NCBI GenBank assembly: GCA_012295275.1
Contig: CM022674.1
Coordinates: 14,446,001 to 14,510,000, forward strand
From: Chrysomallon squamiferum
Taxonomy: Eukaryota; Animalia; Mollusca
Direction of reading: 5' to 3'
DNA length: 64,000 nucleotides
Positions 37,650 to 51,486 of the stretch are shown here, in pieces. Position 1 is the first letter of the stretch. Every line of letters starts with the position of its first letter. Position numbers and translations under genes: made by a program. The notes beneath the pieces are model-generated. The model searched no databases and was not told the origin of the DNA. It saw only the letters and a list, made by a program, of their open reading frames with translations.

Positions 37650-40562
37650 ATGCACTTCCTTTGCAGAAGAGCTAAAGTTTTCTTACTTTTCAGAAATATT
37701 GTACGGATTAACAGTTTTTGCACGACAACCAAAATGCCATCAGCTCTTGTCCTGCTTGCAGAAGGTGCAGAAGAAATGGAAGCAGTTATTACAGTGGATG
37801 TCTTACGACGTGGCGGAGTAAATCATTATTAATTTTCGACTTTTGGCTTTAGAACGATTGTAAATGACAATGATAGCAATAACTTTTTACCGGTTCTTCA
37901 AAATTATGCCTTTCTATTGCTAAATCCAGAAGCGTCGATCAGTTATATTATTAGTATTTTTCTAATTTTAGTAATATGTTTGTTATTTCAAAGAAAATGT
38001 AAATTAGACAGGACTTTATAGTTATATTGGGTTTTACAAATTGTTTCATACTTGTATTATTTTAATAAGACATTAATTAATTTTTGAAAAAGGAAAGCAA
38101 CCATTTAATAATTCTTAAAATATAAAATTGATCTTTAGACAAGCTTCAGTTACTAAATTCATGTAAATGGTTCACCTCTTTTTGAATAAGCAGTTTTATC
38201 TAATTTCAGTTAACATTTACAAACTTCATATTCATACTCTAAAGCAGTAATATAAAACATATAAATCGCCACCACAGTTCACTAACTAAATGGCAGGTGA
38301 GATGTTAGGGTGAAATCCAACTGTTACAGTATCAAAATGAAGAGGGATTATTTGATGCTACCAAGCCCAGACCCTAATCATAACACCAGTTCTGTCCCTA
38401 AGTTCAGCTTCATAACCACACACTACTCTAACCCAGTCCCTAATCTTAAAACTCATCCTAACTCTTAAGTCTCTAACATAACACTCACCTGACTCTAACC
38501 TTCATCCTAAAATTGTAACATTAATTCAAACGCTAATTTCATAATGTACTTGATCCTGATCCTGCCCCTGTAACTCTAATCCTGATCCTGCCCCCATAAC
38601 TCTAATCCTAATCCTATCTAGAGTTCTTTAATCCTGACACTAACCTCCACCCTAAACCCTGTCCAAATCCTTACAACAACCTTAACTCTTAACATGCTGG
38701 AACAGTTGGAGATGTGTGTGTGTATTTTGTAGATAGATGTCACTGTGGCTGGCTTATCTGGACCAGATCCTGTTGTTTGTGGTAAAAATGTTCGGATTGT
38801 TCCTGACAAGAGTTTAAACGATGCTCAAAAATCAGGTCCTTATGATGCCGTAGTTTGTCCTGGTGGAAACCTGGGATCAAAAAATCTCTGTGAGGTATGA
38901 TGTGTGTGTAATGTTTGTAATGTGTTTGTAATGTTTGTGTGTAATTCTCCAGATTGAGGTGACAGTGGCCGGGGTGGCAGGACCTGAGCCTGTTCTCTGT
39001 AGTCGAGATGTGCGCATCGTCCCAGACAAAAGTTTAGACGATGCCGTCAAAGCTGGTGCCTATGATGCTGTTGTCTGTCCAGGAGGACTGAAGGGTGCTC
39101 ATAATCTGAGTGAGGTATGAGAGAGTCATTCACTGTTGTAGTGTCAAGATTGGGATAAATGTTAGCAAAAAATGAATTTTTAATTATAATGTAAGTAAAC
39201 TTGTTGCTCAGAACAATTATTTTGTTGTTTTATTTGATATAAAATGTATTTTTTGCTTTGTGGTTTTGTTTGGAGATAGGTATTTTTTTGTTATCATTGT
39301 TTTGTTGCATTTTTTTCCTTGTTTCACTGGAATTTTATGAATTTTAAAAAGTTTTTTGGAGTGTATGAGGATTTATATTGGCTTTTTTCTTTTGGTCCTT
39401 TGGGATCCTTTTTAAATATATATATTAAAGAAATGTTCTAATGTCTTATTTTATTTCCAAATGTATATTTTAAAATGTGATAATAGATATATTAGGCTAT
39501 TAATGACCAGTATTGTGATAAACACTACCAGTCTTATGATAACAGTTTTTATTTTTATAATAGTCAGCTGCTGTTGGAAATCTTCTTAAGGAGCAGGAGG
39601 CAAATGGCCGCATTGTTGCTGCAATCTGTGCTGGTAATTTCAAACTAATTTCTTATTCTTCTGCACCTCACTAAAGTAAAATATTATATATAATGCACAC
39701 TTTTATCTGTTAATAATATTATATAATTCAAGTTTTCATCTATTAATAATATTATTATATAATCCACACTTTTATCTGTTAATAATAATATTTATTAAAA
39801 TACCAGGAAAAATGTAATATTTTTAAATCATTGACTTCAGGACCAACAGCATTTCTTGCTCATGGAATTGGTAAAGGAAAAAAAATAACATCGTATCCTT
39901 CAGTTGGAGATAAACTGAAAGGTAAATATTTTTTAACAGCAGAAACTATAAATGTCATATTACATATTAATCTGTTTTGCATTGATCAAAAATATTTTAA
40001 AATTTTTAATTTCTTATTTTAAAATGTTGTGTTTTTTAGAATTACATAGAACTCTGTATTATTATATTTTAAAAGAAAATGTCTTACTCAGTTTTTGTTT
40101 ATTGATATTTTCATTTTTAATTACATCAGCATTCTTTTAAAATAAAAAAATGAAAGAAATTCTTTTACTTTTTAAAATATTGATGTAAAATTCCGAATTT
40201 ATCTTTATTTATTATTTATGTATTCATTTTATGTTGTTTTTATTTTTTTTTTAATTAATTTATGGAATTTTAGAAATATTTATTTGAGAGTTTGTATTAA
40301 TCTTTATTTTTTAAATTATATGTTTATTTTGCATTACTCTTGATTTTCATTTATTTGTTTGTTTCTCTTATATTTCATTGATATTTTAATAATTATTATA
40401 GGAACATACAAATATTCTGAGGATCGTGTTGTCATGGATGGTAAGATGATAACAAGTCGCGGTCCAGGTACAGCGTTTGAATTTGCTCTGAAAATCGTTG
40501 AAGCGATTCAGGGCAAAGAGAAAGCAAACTCTCTGGTGAAACCAATGTTGATCAAACTCTAA
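37650..40562 (+). CDS. PARK7: Protein deglycase/glyoxalase DJ-1 (185 aa from ATG 37734; 213 aa from upstream ATG 37650) with duplicated exon 2
   Basis: Exons 37650/37734-37817, 38733-38894 (2a) or 38953-39114 (2b), 39564-39633, 39841-39921, 40402-40562. Motifs [30 protein letters not shown], catalytic AAICAGPT and [14 protein letters not shown]. Confidence 0.96.
38733..38894 (+). CDS. PARK7: PARK7 exon 2a ([54 protein letters not shown])
   Basis: TTTTGTAG acceptor, GAG|GTATGA donor, 162 nt, phase 0-0, open frame. Confidence 0.9.
38953..39114 (+). CDS. PARK7: PARK7 exon 2b ([54 protein letters not shown])
   Basis: TTCTCCAG acceptor, GAG|GTATGA donor, 162 nt, phase 0-0, open frame. Confidence 0.9.
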
Positions 40563-43500
40563 CTACATCAACATTTTCAACTCTTCCATGGAAAATGTTA
40601 AAGATTTTTTCTTGCTTATAACAAGTAGACCCGAAATGATGAAGAAAGAGATGGAAATTTTGAACTTACTTCTGCAAAGTCTAAGGACACAGCCTATGTG
40701 TTTAGATTGTTTAAAGCCTGATTTAGTGATTATGTCAGTTATTTCAAATTGTGTCTTAAAAGAGATTAGTTTTGACAAGTTTGAGGAAGTAATCAAATGA
40801 CAACTGAGATATTTTCTTTAATCTGCTCTCAACATTTTTGTTTCTCTTTTCGAACGTGACATTTGACAGAAATAAATTCAGTTTTGACTTCCCAGTGCTA
40901 AAGATGATAACACCTGATTTTAATTAAATTATTTTTGTGTTTGTCTGTTTTGAGTTCTTCATACAAAACACTCTGTGTAATTTGTTTTGTTATTGTTGTT
41001 TGTTTTTCTTTTCTTTTAATTTTGTGATGTAATGACATCAGAGTTATGTTGCTATTAAGCAGTGTTAAATAAATAAAATCATTTTGTTTGAACATTGTCA
41101 CCACTTTAAAGTGAATAAAATGATTTCTTGTTCAGCTGTGTTTATTAATTACAAAACAAAACTAAGTGGCATGAACCATTTCCAGTTCTAACAAGTGCTC
41201 TAGTTTCAGAAATATATGACTTTGAAGTCTTTGGCAAATGTTTTTTTTTAAATATTTGTTGTCAGTAAGTTGTGACACATTTCCTTGGGATTACCAACAG
41301 CCATTAATATTAAAATTTTAGTTAACATTTTTTAAAATATTTTTTTAATTTGATTTTTTTATTTTATTTACTTACTTACTTCTTTTATATATTTATTTAT
41401 TGTTATATTGTTTTTTGGAGGAGGCATATTTTAATTTTTTGTTGTCATTCTGATACACTATTAAGTGGAAGGAAAGCCAAAGAGAAAAATGTGATAAAGA
41501 GTTTGATAAAATGGCTCTGTGAATTTGGTTTCATGAACTGTCTATTCTGTATCAATCAGCTTTATTTTATAACTAAAACATTGGATGAGTTTGGTTATTT
41601 CATTATTTCTTGCTGCATTAAAAAATACTCATAGGAACAAATAGTAAAATTTCAGTTTTTTAAAAAAAAAAAAAAAAAACCCTAACAAGAATCTTCCCAA
41701 CAATGTGCTGTATATACTTTGAGGTCAAAGGTTAAATAATTTGTCACAGTTGTTACTATAGGGTCACAGCTTCAGTGCACAGCTTTTCAACAACAATAAA
41801 CCAAAGCTATGTTACTGTTCCTAATACTGAGAAGGTGCACATTAAATACATTTTTCTGCTAATAACTAATCTATGAAGGCAATTTTCCTCTCTGGTGTTG
41901 CATAATAAAAGTATTATTTAAAAATAATATTTTAACATTCTAATAAAAATGAGATATCTGACAAATGCTGAGTCATGGAATACTTTAAATATTAAATAAA
42001 AAGAACAAAGCCATCTGTATGATATATAATTTATCTGTAATAAATATACATACTTCTCAAAATAATATTCAACATTGACATTATTATGCAAATTATGTAT
42101 TATATAAAACAGAAGAAAATAAATGAATATTCATAAAGGAAATCATTAATGCTTGATCATACAGCGACAATAAATTTTATAAAAAGTCATGATTTAATTA
42201 CTTCTAAGTCAACAGCACAGGCAGAGTTAACTTTGATTATGTGACATTCTACTGTAAACCACTCCTACATTTTTTCACATTCTAAACAAATGGGCCTACA
42301 GATATGCATGATGAATACTGAACTATGTTTTCTTAATTTAAAAATGTTTTTACCAATTTGTCTGATTTTAAATGCAAATGAGCAAGAGAAAAATAATATA
42401 TAAAAAAAATATGTAGCATAGTTTAAGAAACAAATCTGCCATTTATGAGTTTTGAAATATCTTCTGAACAGCATCACTGTTTATAAAAAAAGTTTTAAAT
42501 AAAAAAAAAAATATATATATACATTAACTTTTGACAATTATTCATATAAATAATTGAGGTATTTTATTGTATTCTGAACTGGTGAGTAAAAATTATTGAA
42601 CTGGAGAAACAAAAATAAAACAAAATCTGTACAAATAAAATAAATTAACAGTGTTCACACAGAACTCGGAGTAATGTCACTTTTGATTCTTTCTTTCTAC
42701 TCATTGATGTGCGTACAACTGTAGTACAGATGTGATACACTTCATGTACATATCTTGGTTACTGCGGAGTGATTCATGTCCTAATTTCTAATCAGACTCA
42801 TTTCATCTTGAAAATCCTACACACTGATTACCCAAACTTTTTCTTAAACTGTTGCTCTGTTTCGTGTACATAATTTAAAATGTTTGATTCAAACAACCAT
42901 CACTGAGAGTTGAGCTTAAATGGATTTTTCTGTGTTTCTGAATAAAATAATATGCGAGATGGTAACAAAAAAATAACTACATATTATACTGAACAAAAAA
43001 AGTTAGGGGTCAAGCAATATTTTAAAATGCTAAGTAATAATATTTGTCTGGTGAAATGAATTTGTGATATTAAAAACTTCATTATTTTGTAGAATGGACG
43101 TAAAGTTCAGTGTGATGTCAGTCAGTGAGTACATTTAAACATCAAATTAATAATAACTACATATTTCATGACCCATGTATTTTTTCTTCAGTATAAACAA
43201 ATGAACACCACAACAAAAATGATAAGTAAACAAATACATCACCAACAAAAAAGCACCAAAAGAAAAAACATGATCCAAAGTTAAAAGCATTTTTGAGACA
43301 AATGAAAAAACAAAAGGTAGAAAGTTCAAAGACAGTTTATCAAGCTGTGTGAATAAATTGTACTCTATCTTTGCTAATAATAAAGTATGGCAAGTAGGCA
43401 AACAGTTTCACCATCATCTTTTTTCTTCTTTTTTTTTCAATGTTTACTAATAATAAAGTATAACAAAAGCACAAGTAGGCAAAGAGACAATATTTTACCA

Positions 43501-44575
43501 AAAATATGCCATTAATAAAACAAGTAGACAAATATTTTCACTATTATTATTTAGCAATATTTTCACTATCATTTTTATTTTCACTATCATTTTTAGCAAT
43601 ATACTCACTATCATTTTTAGCAATATTTACTAATCATGAAGTATGACAGTAATAAAACAATGAGGTAAAGGAGGCAAACATTTTCATTTTTATAATGTCA
43701 TTTCAAACAGAAATTTAAAAAAAGTTTCAACTTTAAGATTGATAACCCTAATGACTATCCAAGCAACCTAGTTCAAGTCGATATACAACATGACATCAGG
43801 ATAAAAAAACAAAGTGAATCTCCTTGCATCAACATCAGTGTGTTATAATTATTTCTGTCAAACTTTATCATTATTAAATTTTGGTTTCAAGTAACAAACA
43901 CTGAAAAACAATCTGTTCACACCAGTAACAAGAAAAATAACACAAAGTAAAGCACTGTTTAGAAAATGTCTACATATTACATGTCAACAGAAAATACAGT
44001 TTTGTACTAATTAACAAACAGACATAAAAACAAAAAATATTTGGCTGTTTTTCCCTACAGTTAGAATTTTATCCAAATTATTGCTTATTTAACAAGACTG
44101 TAACAAAATAACAAAAAAAAAAAAAAACAAAGAAAAAAATGAAGTGTAATTTAACCTAGAAACCTACCTATTCAGTGTAAATTATAAATTAATTTTTAAT
44201 ATTTTAAGGGAATTTTAATCTGTAGTTAACAGATATATTTCAATTTAATATTACATTACTTGATAATTTAATATATTTTAAAAATAATTTAAGAGTTTTT
44301 AAAATTGTAAATAGTTTTCAATGATTTAAAATCTTTAAATTTTATTTTTATAATTATCATAGATTCAACTGCATTACAAAACATATCATCTGTGTAAAAA
44401 CATTTACAAAAACAGTAACAGAAACAATCACAGTAAATTAGTTAATACTGAAAAACAAAAAACTTTTGATTAAAACAAATATTTAATATACAATACTTCA
44501 CAACAAACAATAAAAAGTTAACAATATAATAAAATAAAATACACAAATAATTAACAATAATTTTCTATTATTTTT

Positions 44576-44625
<50 letters not shown>

Positions 44626-46587
44626 AAATCATCAAAAAGGTTTTGTGAATACTTGATGCTAGTTTTAAATTTGTTTACTTCATATTTCCAAAAATACTGA
44701 TATTTTAAAACCAATTAGTTCAGTTGAAAACAGAAAGATCTTACAAAATATGTCATTTTCAAATTCTACTATAAATTTTCTTTCTTTATAAAAACTCTTT
44801 TAAATACTTGAAATCATTGTTATTCTTCAAGAAAATTATTTGTCTGCATCCAAAAATCAAATAAAAGTAAAAAAAACTTTAACCAGTCTCAAACGTCTGT
44901 AAAAATTAGCAACTTTTAAACATGAAATTTTGAGTTTAATCAGTGTCAAATTTTAACTTTCAGTTTTGTATTTTAAATTCAATTTTCAGTTTCAGATTTT
45001 TAAATGCAATATTTTTATTTTAAATATCTAACAAAACGTTGTATCAACCAAAGTAGAGTTTAACAATCACAGGTTTGTTTTTATCACTATTCTGCAAAAC
45101 TTAAAATACTGATGTACTGGCAGTTATAAATGAAATACATCAAATAAATACTGATTATAATAAGTCTCTTTTAAAAAGTTATATTTCACATCTCAGAAAA
45201 TAATTAAGAATGACTAGAAGAATGAACTAAGCATTGTTTTGTAATTCTACTGTTATTCTGTTAATAAACAAAGATATATATATACACACACACATATATA
45301 AATCTCATCTCCTTTGATGATTTGGTTATGTTCTTGTTATATTAATTTATATTTACCTTTATGTGAATTGTATTTATTATAAGGGAATATAAATGCCAAA
45401 ACATGAAGAAAATCGATAAAAGTTTAAGTTTGAACTAACATAATATCCACACATTAGTACTGATAAAAGAGTAAAAAACTATTTGGCAGGTACCAGCTAG
45501 TGATATCAACATAAACAGAATATCAACGTTGGTAAATCTGACACAATATATATATATATATGTAGACATATTTATATATATAATTTATTAATGTACTGAA
45601 AAACTATTTACCCAGTTTTGCCAATAAAATATACTCTGTATTATGTTAGTATTTACTCATTTTTGTAACGCTGAAGAAAAATATATATAAAAACTATGTA
45701 TTTGTTAATTTTTAATAGATTGGGTATTACTGGAAGAAACATATACACCAACTTAATTATTGATATAAATTTTGGTATGGAGATACATATGTATAATTTG
45801 TTATGTCTATAAAATAAAACCTGTTAATAAGATCATAAAATAATATCTGATAAAATACCATGAATTTTAGCAGGGTATATATATATATAATGTTATTATT
45901 TTAGTGCTACTACTTATGACTTTGATTAAATAATAAAGTTACTGTTTATATAAACTAAGTACATTCTAAGAAAAGTGAAATAAAGCAGGATATTTGTTAC
46001 TAAATTCTGTGCATGTGTTAAATTACAGTGAGAGTGTTTGTATCTCAGTATAAAAATACAGTTTATAATGAAGTTCATTTGAATCTGAATTCTGATAAAC
46101 ATGTCTAAGAAAACTGAGTATTTGTGTGTTTAAAATACATAGAATCACTATTTGAATTCTGGTATATCTTGTAATGATACTGAAAGTACATGTATTCGTT
46201 TGTATATATGTATGTGTGCATGCATGCTTACAACAGTTTTTATATATATAAATATATATATGTGTGCATGTTTCTGTGTGTCTCAACATTTACATACTGA
46301 CCTATACTGATGTATTATTAAAACAATAATATTTCTAAAAAGTTAATTTAATATACTACATGATTATGTACATTTATATTTTGGATATTTCATAAATAAC
46401 TGATTGGAAGAATTTTTAAATCTCTATACTCTAGGTAAAAACGTTGCCTTTCATGATTCGTTCTGATTAACTAACGCCACTTCGTATAATATTTCAAAGA
46501 TTTCTACTATTCACTCAAAAAATAAATAAAACACAAATGAAAACAATACTTAGACACAAAGTCATAGTGATACAAAGTCTGTGTTGT

Positions 46588-49184
46588 CTACAGACTACCG
46601 GCAGCGTTTTCGTTATGTAGAATGTAGACGTTGTAAAAATTGTTGAGTTGTTCTAAAAAGATGAAAGTTAGCACAGTGTGGGGTCCCAGGCGGGCGTAGT
46701 AGGGTGTGAAACCTTTCCACAGACTGAAAAAACCCTCCTTTCTGATTGTTTTAGAAAGTACATCCTGAAAAAACACAAACATGATGTTACTTATTCACGA
46801 AAAGAGCATGTGTGTACAGTAATTAAATTTTCAGATTAATTTAAACGTCTATTTTATATATTAATTTAAAAACCATTACATTTAATGGTTAGTAATGTCT
46901 ACTTGTGTCAGTAAGAATAAATGTTCTGATAAAATTTATTAAACATTTAAATTATTATTTTGTTGTTTTGGGTATTGCATTATCATTCATAACAAAGTAT
47001 GACAACAACAGCATTGTCTACAAAACCTCTGCCACTGCTAGCTGTTCATGTCAACCACTAAGTAACCCAGCAAAAACTCTGTACATCTGCCACTGCTAGC
47101 TGTTCATGTCAACCACTAAGTAACCCAGCAAAAACTCTGTACATCTGCCACTGCTAGCTGTTCATGTCAACCACTAAGTAACCCAGCAAAAACTCTGCTT
47201 AACATTATTTCAAATTTTCAAGGTTACTGCACAAACTTTCACTGATCTCTGATGTCACTTGTAAAACACAGACAATTTATTCTGATTTATCTTTCTTCTT
47301 TTGTCGTTATAATGTGCAAACTTTTAATCTAACCATGGTGTCACTCAGTAAATGAAAAGCACAAAATGTTTGTTTGAACTTACAAAAAAAAAAAAACTTA
47401 GCAGAGCTATTTGGTGGTATTTCAAAGATAAGATGAAGAAATGAATTCGTGAATTAAGTGTGTTTGAAATCACCATTCTGTTATCTGGCAGAGTCACTAA
47501 TCCAGCGTGAATCATGTGGGATTAGTGACCACTCTGTTATCTGGCAGAGTCACTAATCCAGTGTGAATCATGTGGGATTAGTGACCACTCTGTTATCTGG
47601 CAGAGTCACTAATCCAGTGTGAATCATGTGGGATTAGTGATGGTTGACAGGTATTTGTTCTGACTGCATGCATCAGTGCACTCATTGTGTGAAAATGTAA
47701 CTTAGAAATATGCAAATGTTACCAGTGAACATCAAGGTATCAGTTTTTGTTTCATAAATAAAACACAACAAAAAGAAAATAATATTAAACTAAACTTACA
47801 AAAGCTCCAGTGTATTCTGGTTTTCCATCTATCATCCTCATGTTCTGAATTCTGTAAAATTCAGTGTAAATTGATAAACACTTGTATTAACTAAAACTTC
47901 ATCAAACACTAACATTAAAACATAATTCATAATGAATCCAATAATTCAGATAATAAGCTAGTGAATTTTTTTTAATTCTGCATTCAGTCAAAATTTAGCC
48001 ATGTTAGGTTAGTAACAGGCAGTGATGATGAAATGTGATGTTTTCCAGAGGTCACTTGAATTTGGCTACTATCTGAATACAATAAAACTTCAATTGTAAA
48101 AGACAGTAACAAAAACAACAACAACAAAAACAAGTTAGAAAAAGAGGAAAACACAATTAAAAAAACAAACAAAAAACCCCAGAAAAACAAACTGGAAAAA
48201 AAATAAATGTGAAAGGGAAGTAATTCCAAAGACCTGTACTGGGGATATGAAAAACACATTATTTTTATGTAAGTAACAAAAAGTAAGATAAAAACAAACA
48301 AGTAGAAATGTGTTACCGTGTCTTAGCAATGTCCACTGGCATGGAAGCAGCTGTTGTGATCAAACCACTGATCATACTGGCACAGAAATGTAGAAACAAA
48401 CCATCATGAAAATATCCTGAATAAATAAATAAAACACGTAATATATCTATATAACATTTTTAAAATACTGGCACAGAAATGTAGAAACAGCCCATCATGA
48501 AAATATCCTGAATAAATAAATAAAACATGTAATACATCTATATAACATTTTTAAAATACTGGCACAGAAATGTAGAAACAGCCCATCATGAAAATATCCT
48601 GAATAAATAAATAAATAAAACACGTAATATATCTGTATAACATTTTTAAAACGTAACTGGTTTACCTGTTAAATTAATTTATTAATATTAACCTGTTAAA
48701 ACAGTTATTAATTTACTTGTTAAAATAATTATTACACATGTTAAAATAATTAATTAATGTACCTGGTAACATAATTAATTAATTCACCTGTTCCTACAAG
48801 CAGCTGTTTTGCCTGTGAATATGAAGCCAGCTGTGCTGCATTGACAACCATAGCTCTACCTACAGTAGGTACACAACCCTGAAAAAACATTTTATAACTT
48901 TTATTTTATTATTCTAACATGCACGCACACACATACAGATGCAATATACATACACAATACACAAAACAAACAACAGACACACACACACCAGACATACACA
49001 CACACAAACACAGACATACACACACACAAACACACACACAAACACAGACATACACACACACACCAGACATACACACACACAAACACAGACATACACACAC
49101 ACACCAGACATACACACACACAAACACAGACATACACACAAACACAGACATACACACACACAAACACAGACATACACAAACACA

Positions 49185-49219
<35 letters not shown>

Positions 49220-50561
49220 CTACCTTACTCTCCACCTGAGTTTTAAATAAACACTTAAAGTTCACAAACAGATCTTACCCTCCATAACGTAAGTACCCCC
49301 TCCTCCTTAATAATCCGAGACAACGCATTGAAAACATTCTTGTACCCTCGTCTCTCATTTACAGGTAATCTGAAAATTAATATTCAAATCTACTCAACTG
49401 TCATTGAAATTCATTTATTTATTTATTACACAGAAAAACAAAAGTACTGCACAGATTCTGTTAGTGACTGATAAAAAAATAAAATTTAAGACTGGAAATA
49501 TTAAAAAAATAAAAAATAAAGAAATAACCATTAAAATTAAACTGCATTCAGATCACTACATTAATGTTCAGTACATGATACATGTTTATGTAATATTTAC
49601 TATATGTAAATTTTTATGTATATATCACAGAGAACAGCTGCAGAATTTTTAGTCTTTCCAAGTACATCATTAATACAAATTTATACCTGAATCATTAATA
49701 TTCATTACCTGGCAATTAAAGGTAATTATAATATGTATTACCGCCCATCTGCTGTCATTCTGATGAGTGACACCTCTGCAGGTGTTCCAACAAAGGCTCC
49801 AATGGCTCCAGCTGTTATTCCTATTCCTGCTTTCATCATGAAGTTAGGGGGCCTGTCATCCCTAAATACCAGTCATTACACAATTGTTAATTACAGTAAA
49901 CCAAGTCAATAATTCTAATAATATTACAGTTGTTTGAATTTTCTACGTTTTATCTTTTTCAAATTTTATTTGTAAGTAAAAGAAGTATTTGGAATGGCAA
50001 AAGTAAATTGATTTTTCTTGTCAGATTCTAGTAAAATACAAAATTACAAAACAAGTGTAAAATCTGCAATTTTCTTTCTCCTCACAATTTTTAATAACAT
50101 TAACAAGTTTCCTTAGTTGTTGTTGACTTATGATGGAAATATAACAAAATGTCTTAAATATATCAAATCAAAGCTATTAATAATATATCATCATATTGCT
50201 ATATATTAACTGAAACAATAAACAAAAATTATTTTATTTATCATAACTGTCTTATTTTCCATCATTCAAAAGAAACAGCTAAACTGATTTAAGCATTTTT
50301 TTTTACACAAATAAAATAAGCTAATAAATAAATAAATAAATAAAAATAAGTTAACATAATAAATAAATAAATAAACAAATACATAAATAAATGAATGAAG
50401 CTAATTTTAATTTAACTTTCTTTTAAAGGAAAACATAAATGATAAAGTTTGGTTTCTTGTGACGTACTTAGAAAACATTTCAAACAGAGTGGTGTAGATG
50501 CCCAACCGAGTAGTTGTGTAAGTAGCTTGTCTTAGAAGTCCAGCTGACAGTCTGAAACAAA

Positions 50562-50596
<35 letters not shown>

Positions 50597-51435
50597 ACAA
50601 TCAAAGAAACAAATCAAATAAATAAATAAAACAAAACAAATAAGTAATAAAAATTAAATAATAATTACAGTAGCAGTAATAATTCTATTATTCAGGAAAA
50701 TATTTTAGGTGGTAATAATAAATAAAATATAAATAAAATTATTATGGTAATAACAAAACAAAATATATTTAAACAACAAAAATAACAACAAATGAATAAA
50801 AATAAATAATAATCTGCATAAAATTATACTTTTGATTATATAAAATAAGTAAATATTCAAATAAGATTTTTGTTAAAATTACAAAATAAATAAATTTAAA
50901 GTCAGAATTCTAATACAAAAATAGTAATGACAGAAAACTGATAAAACAAAAATAGTAATAACAGAAAACTGATAAAACACAAATAGTAATAACAGAAAAA
51001 TGATAAAACACAAACCCTGTGTACATTCCTCGAAGGCCTTCATTTTTCAAAATACTTCTAATAGCGTGAAAACTAGTTTTGTGTTCCTTTGACCTGCCTC
51101 CCTCACCTTAGAAAACAAATAATAATAAAATAATTATTAAAATCTAGAGAAACAGTTCAGTACAGTTATTTGCTACATTTTATAGTAGTAATTATTTATA
51201 TATCATAATTGTTTAAAAATAAAATCCATTATCACCAGTTTAGGTTGAACATTTTTTATATGACTAAGACAAATTTAATCCATCTGTAAAGAATATAGTT
51301 TTGAGATAAACTTTTTAAATACAGTTTTGAGATAAACTTTTTATTTATTTGTTTATTTATAATAAATAAATAAATAATAAATAATTAATGATGATGAAGA
51401 AGATGATAATAACAATAACAACAACAATAATAGTA

Positions 51436-51486
<51 letters not shown>

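Noticed and set aside
38733-39114. DJ-1 exon duplication as a haplotype or assembly artefact
   Set aside because: The copies differ at many synonymous and non-synonymous positions and have unrelated flanks, far beyond allelic divergence.
42985-43060. TACTGAACAAAAAAAGTTAGGGGTCA as a Tc1/mariner-like terminal repeat
   Set aside because: No matching inverted partner found nearby, so support is insufficient.
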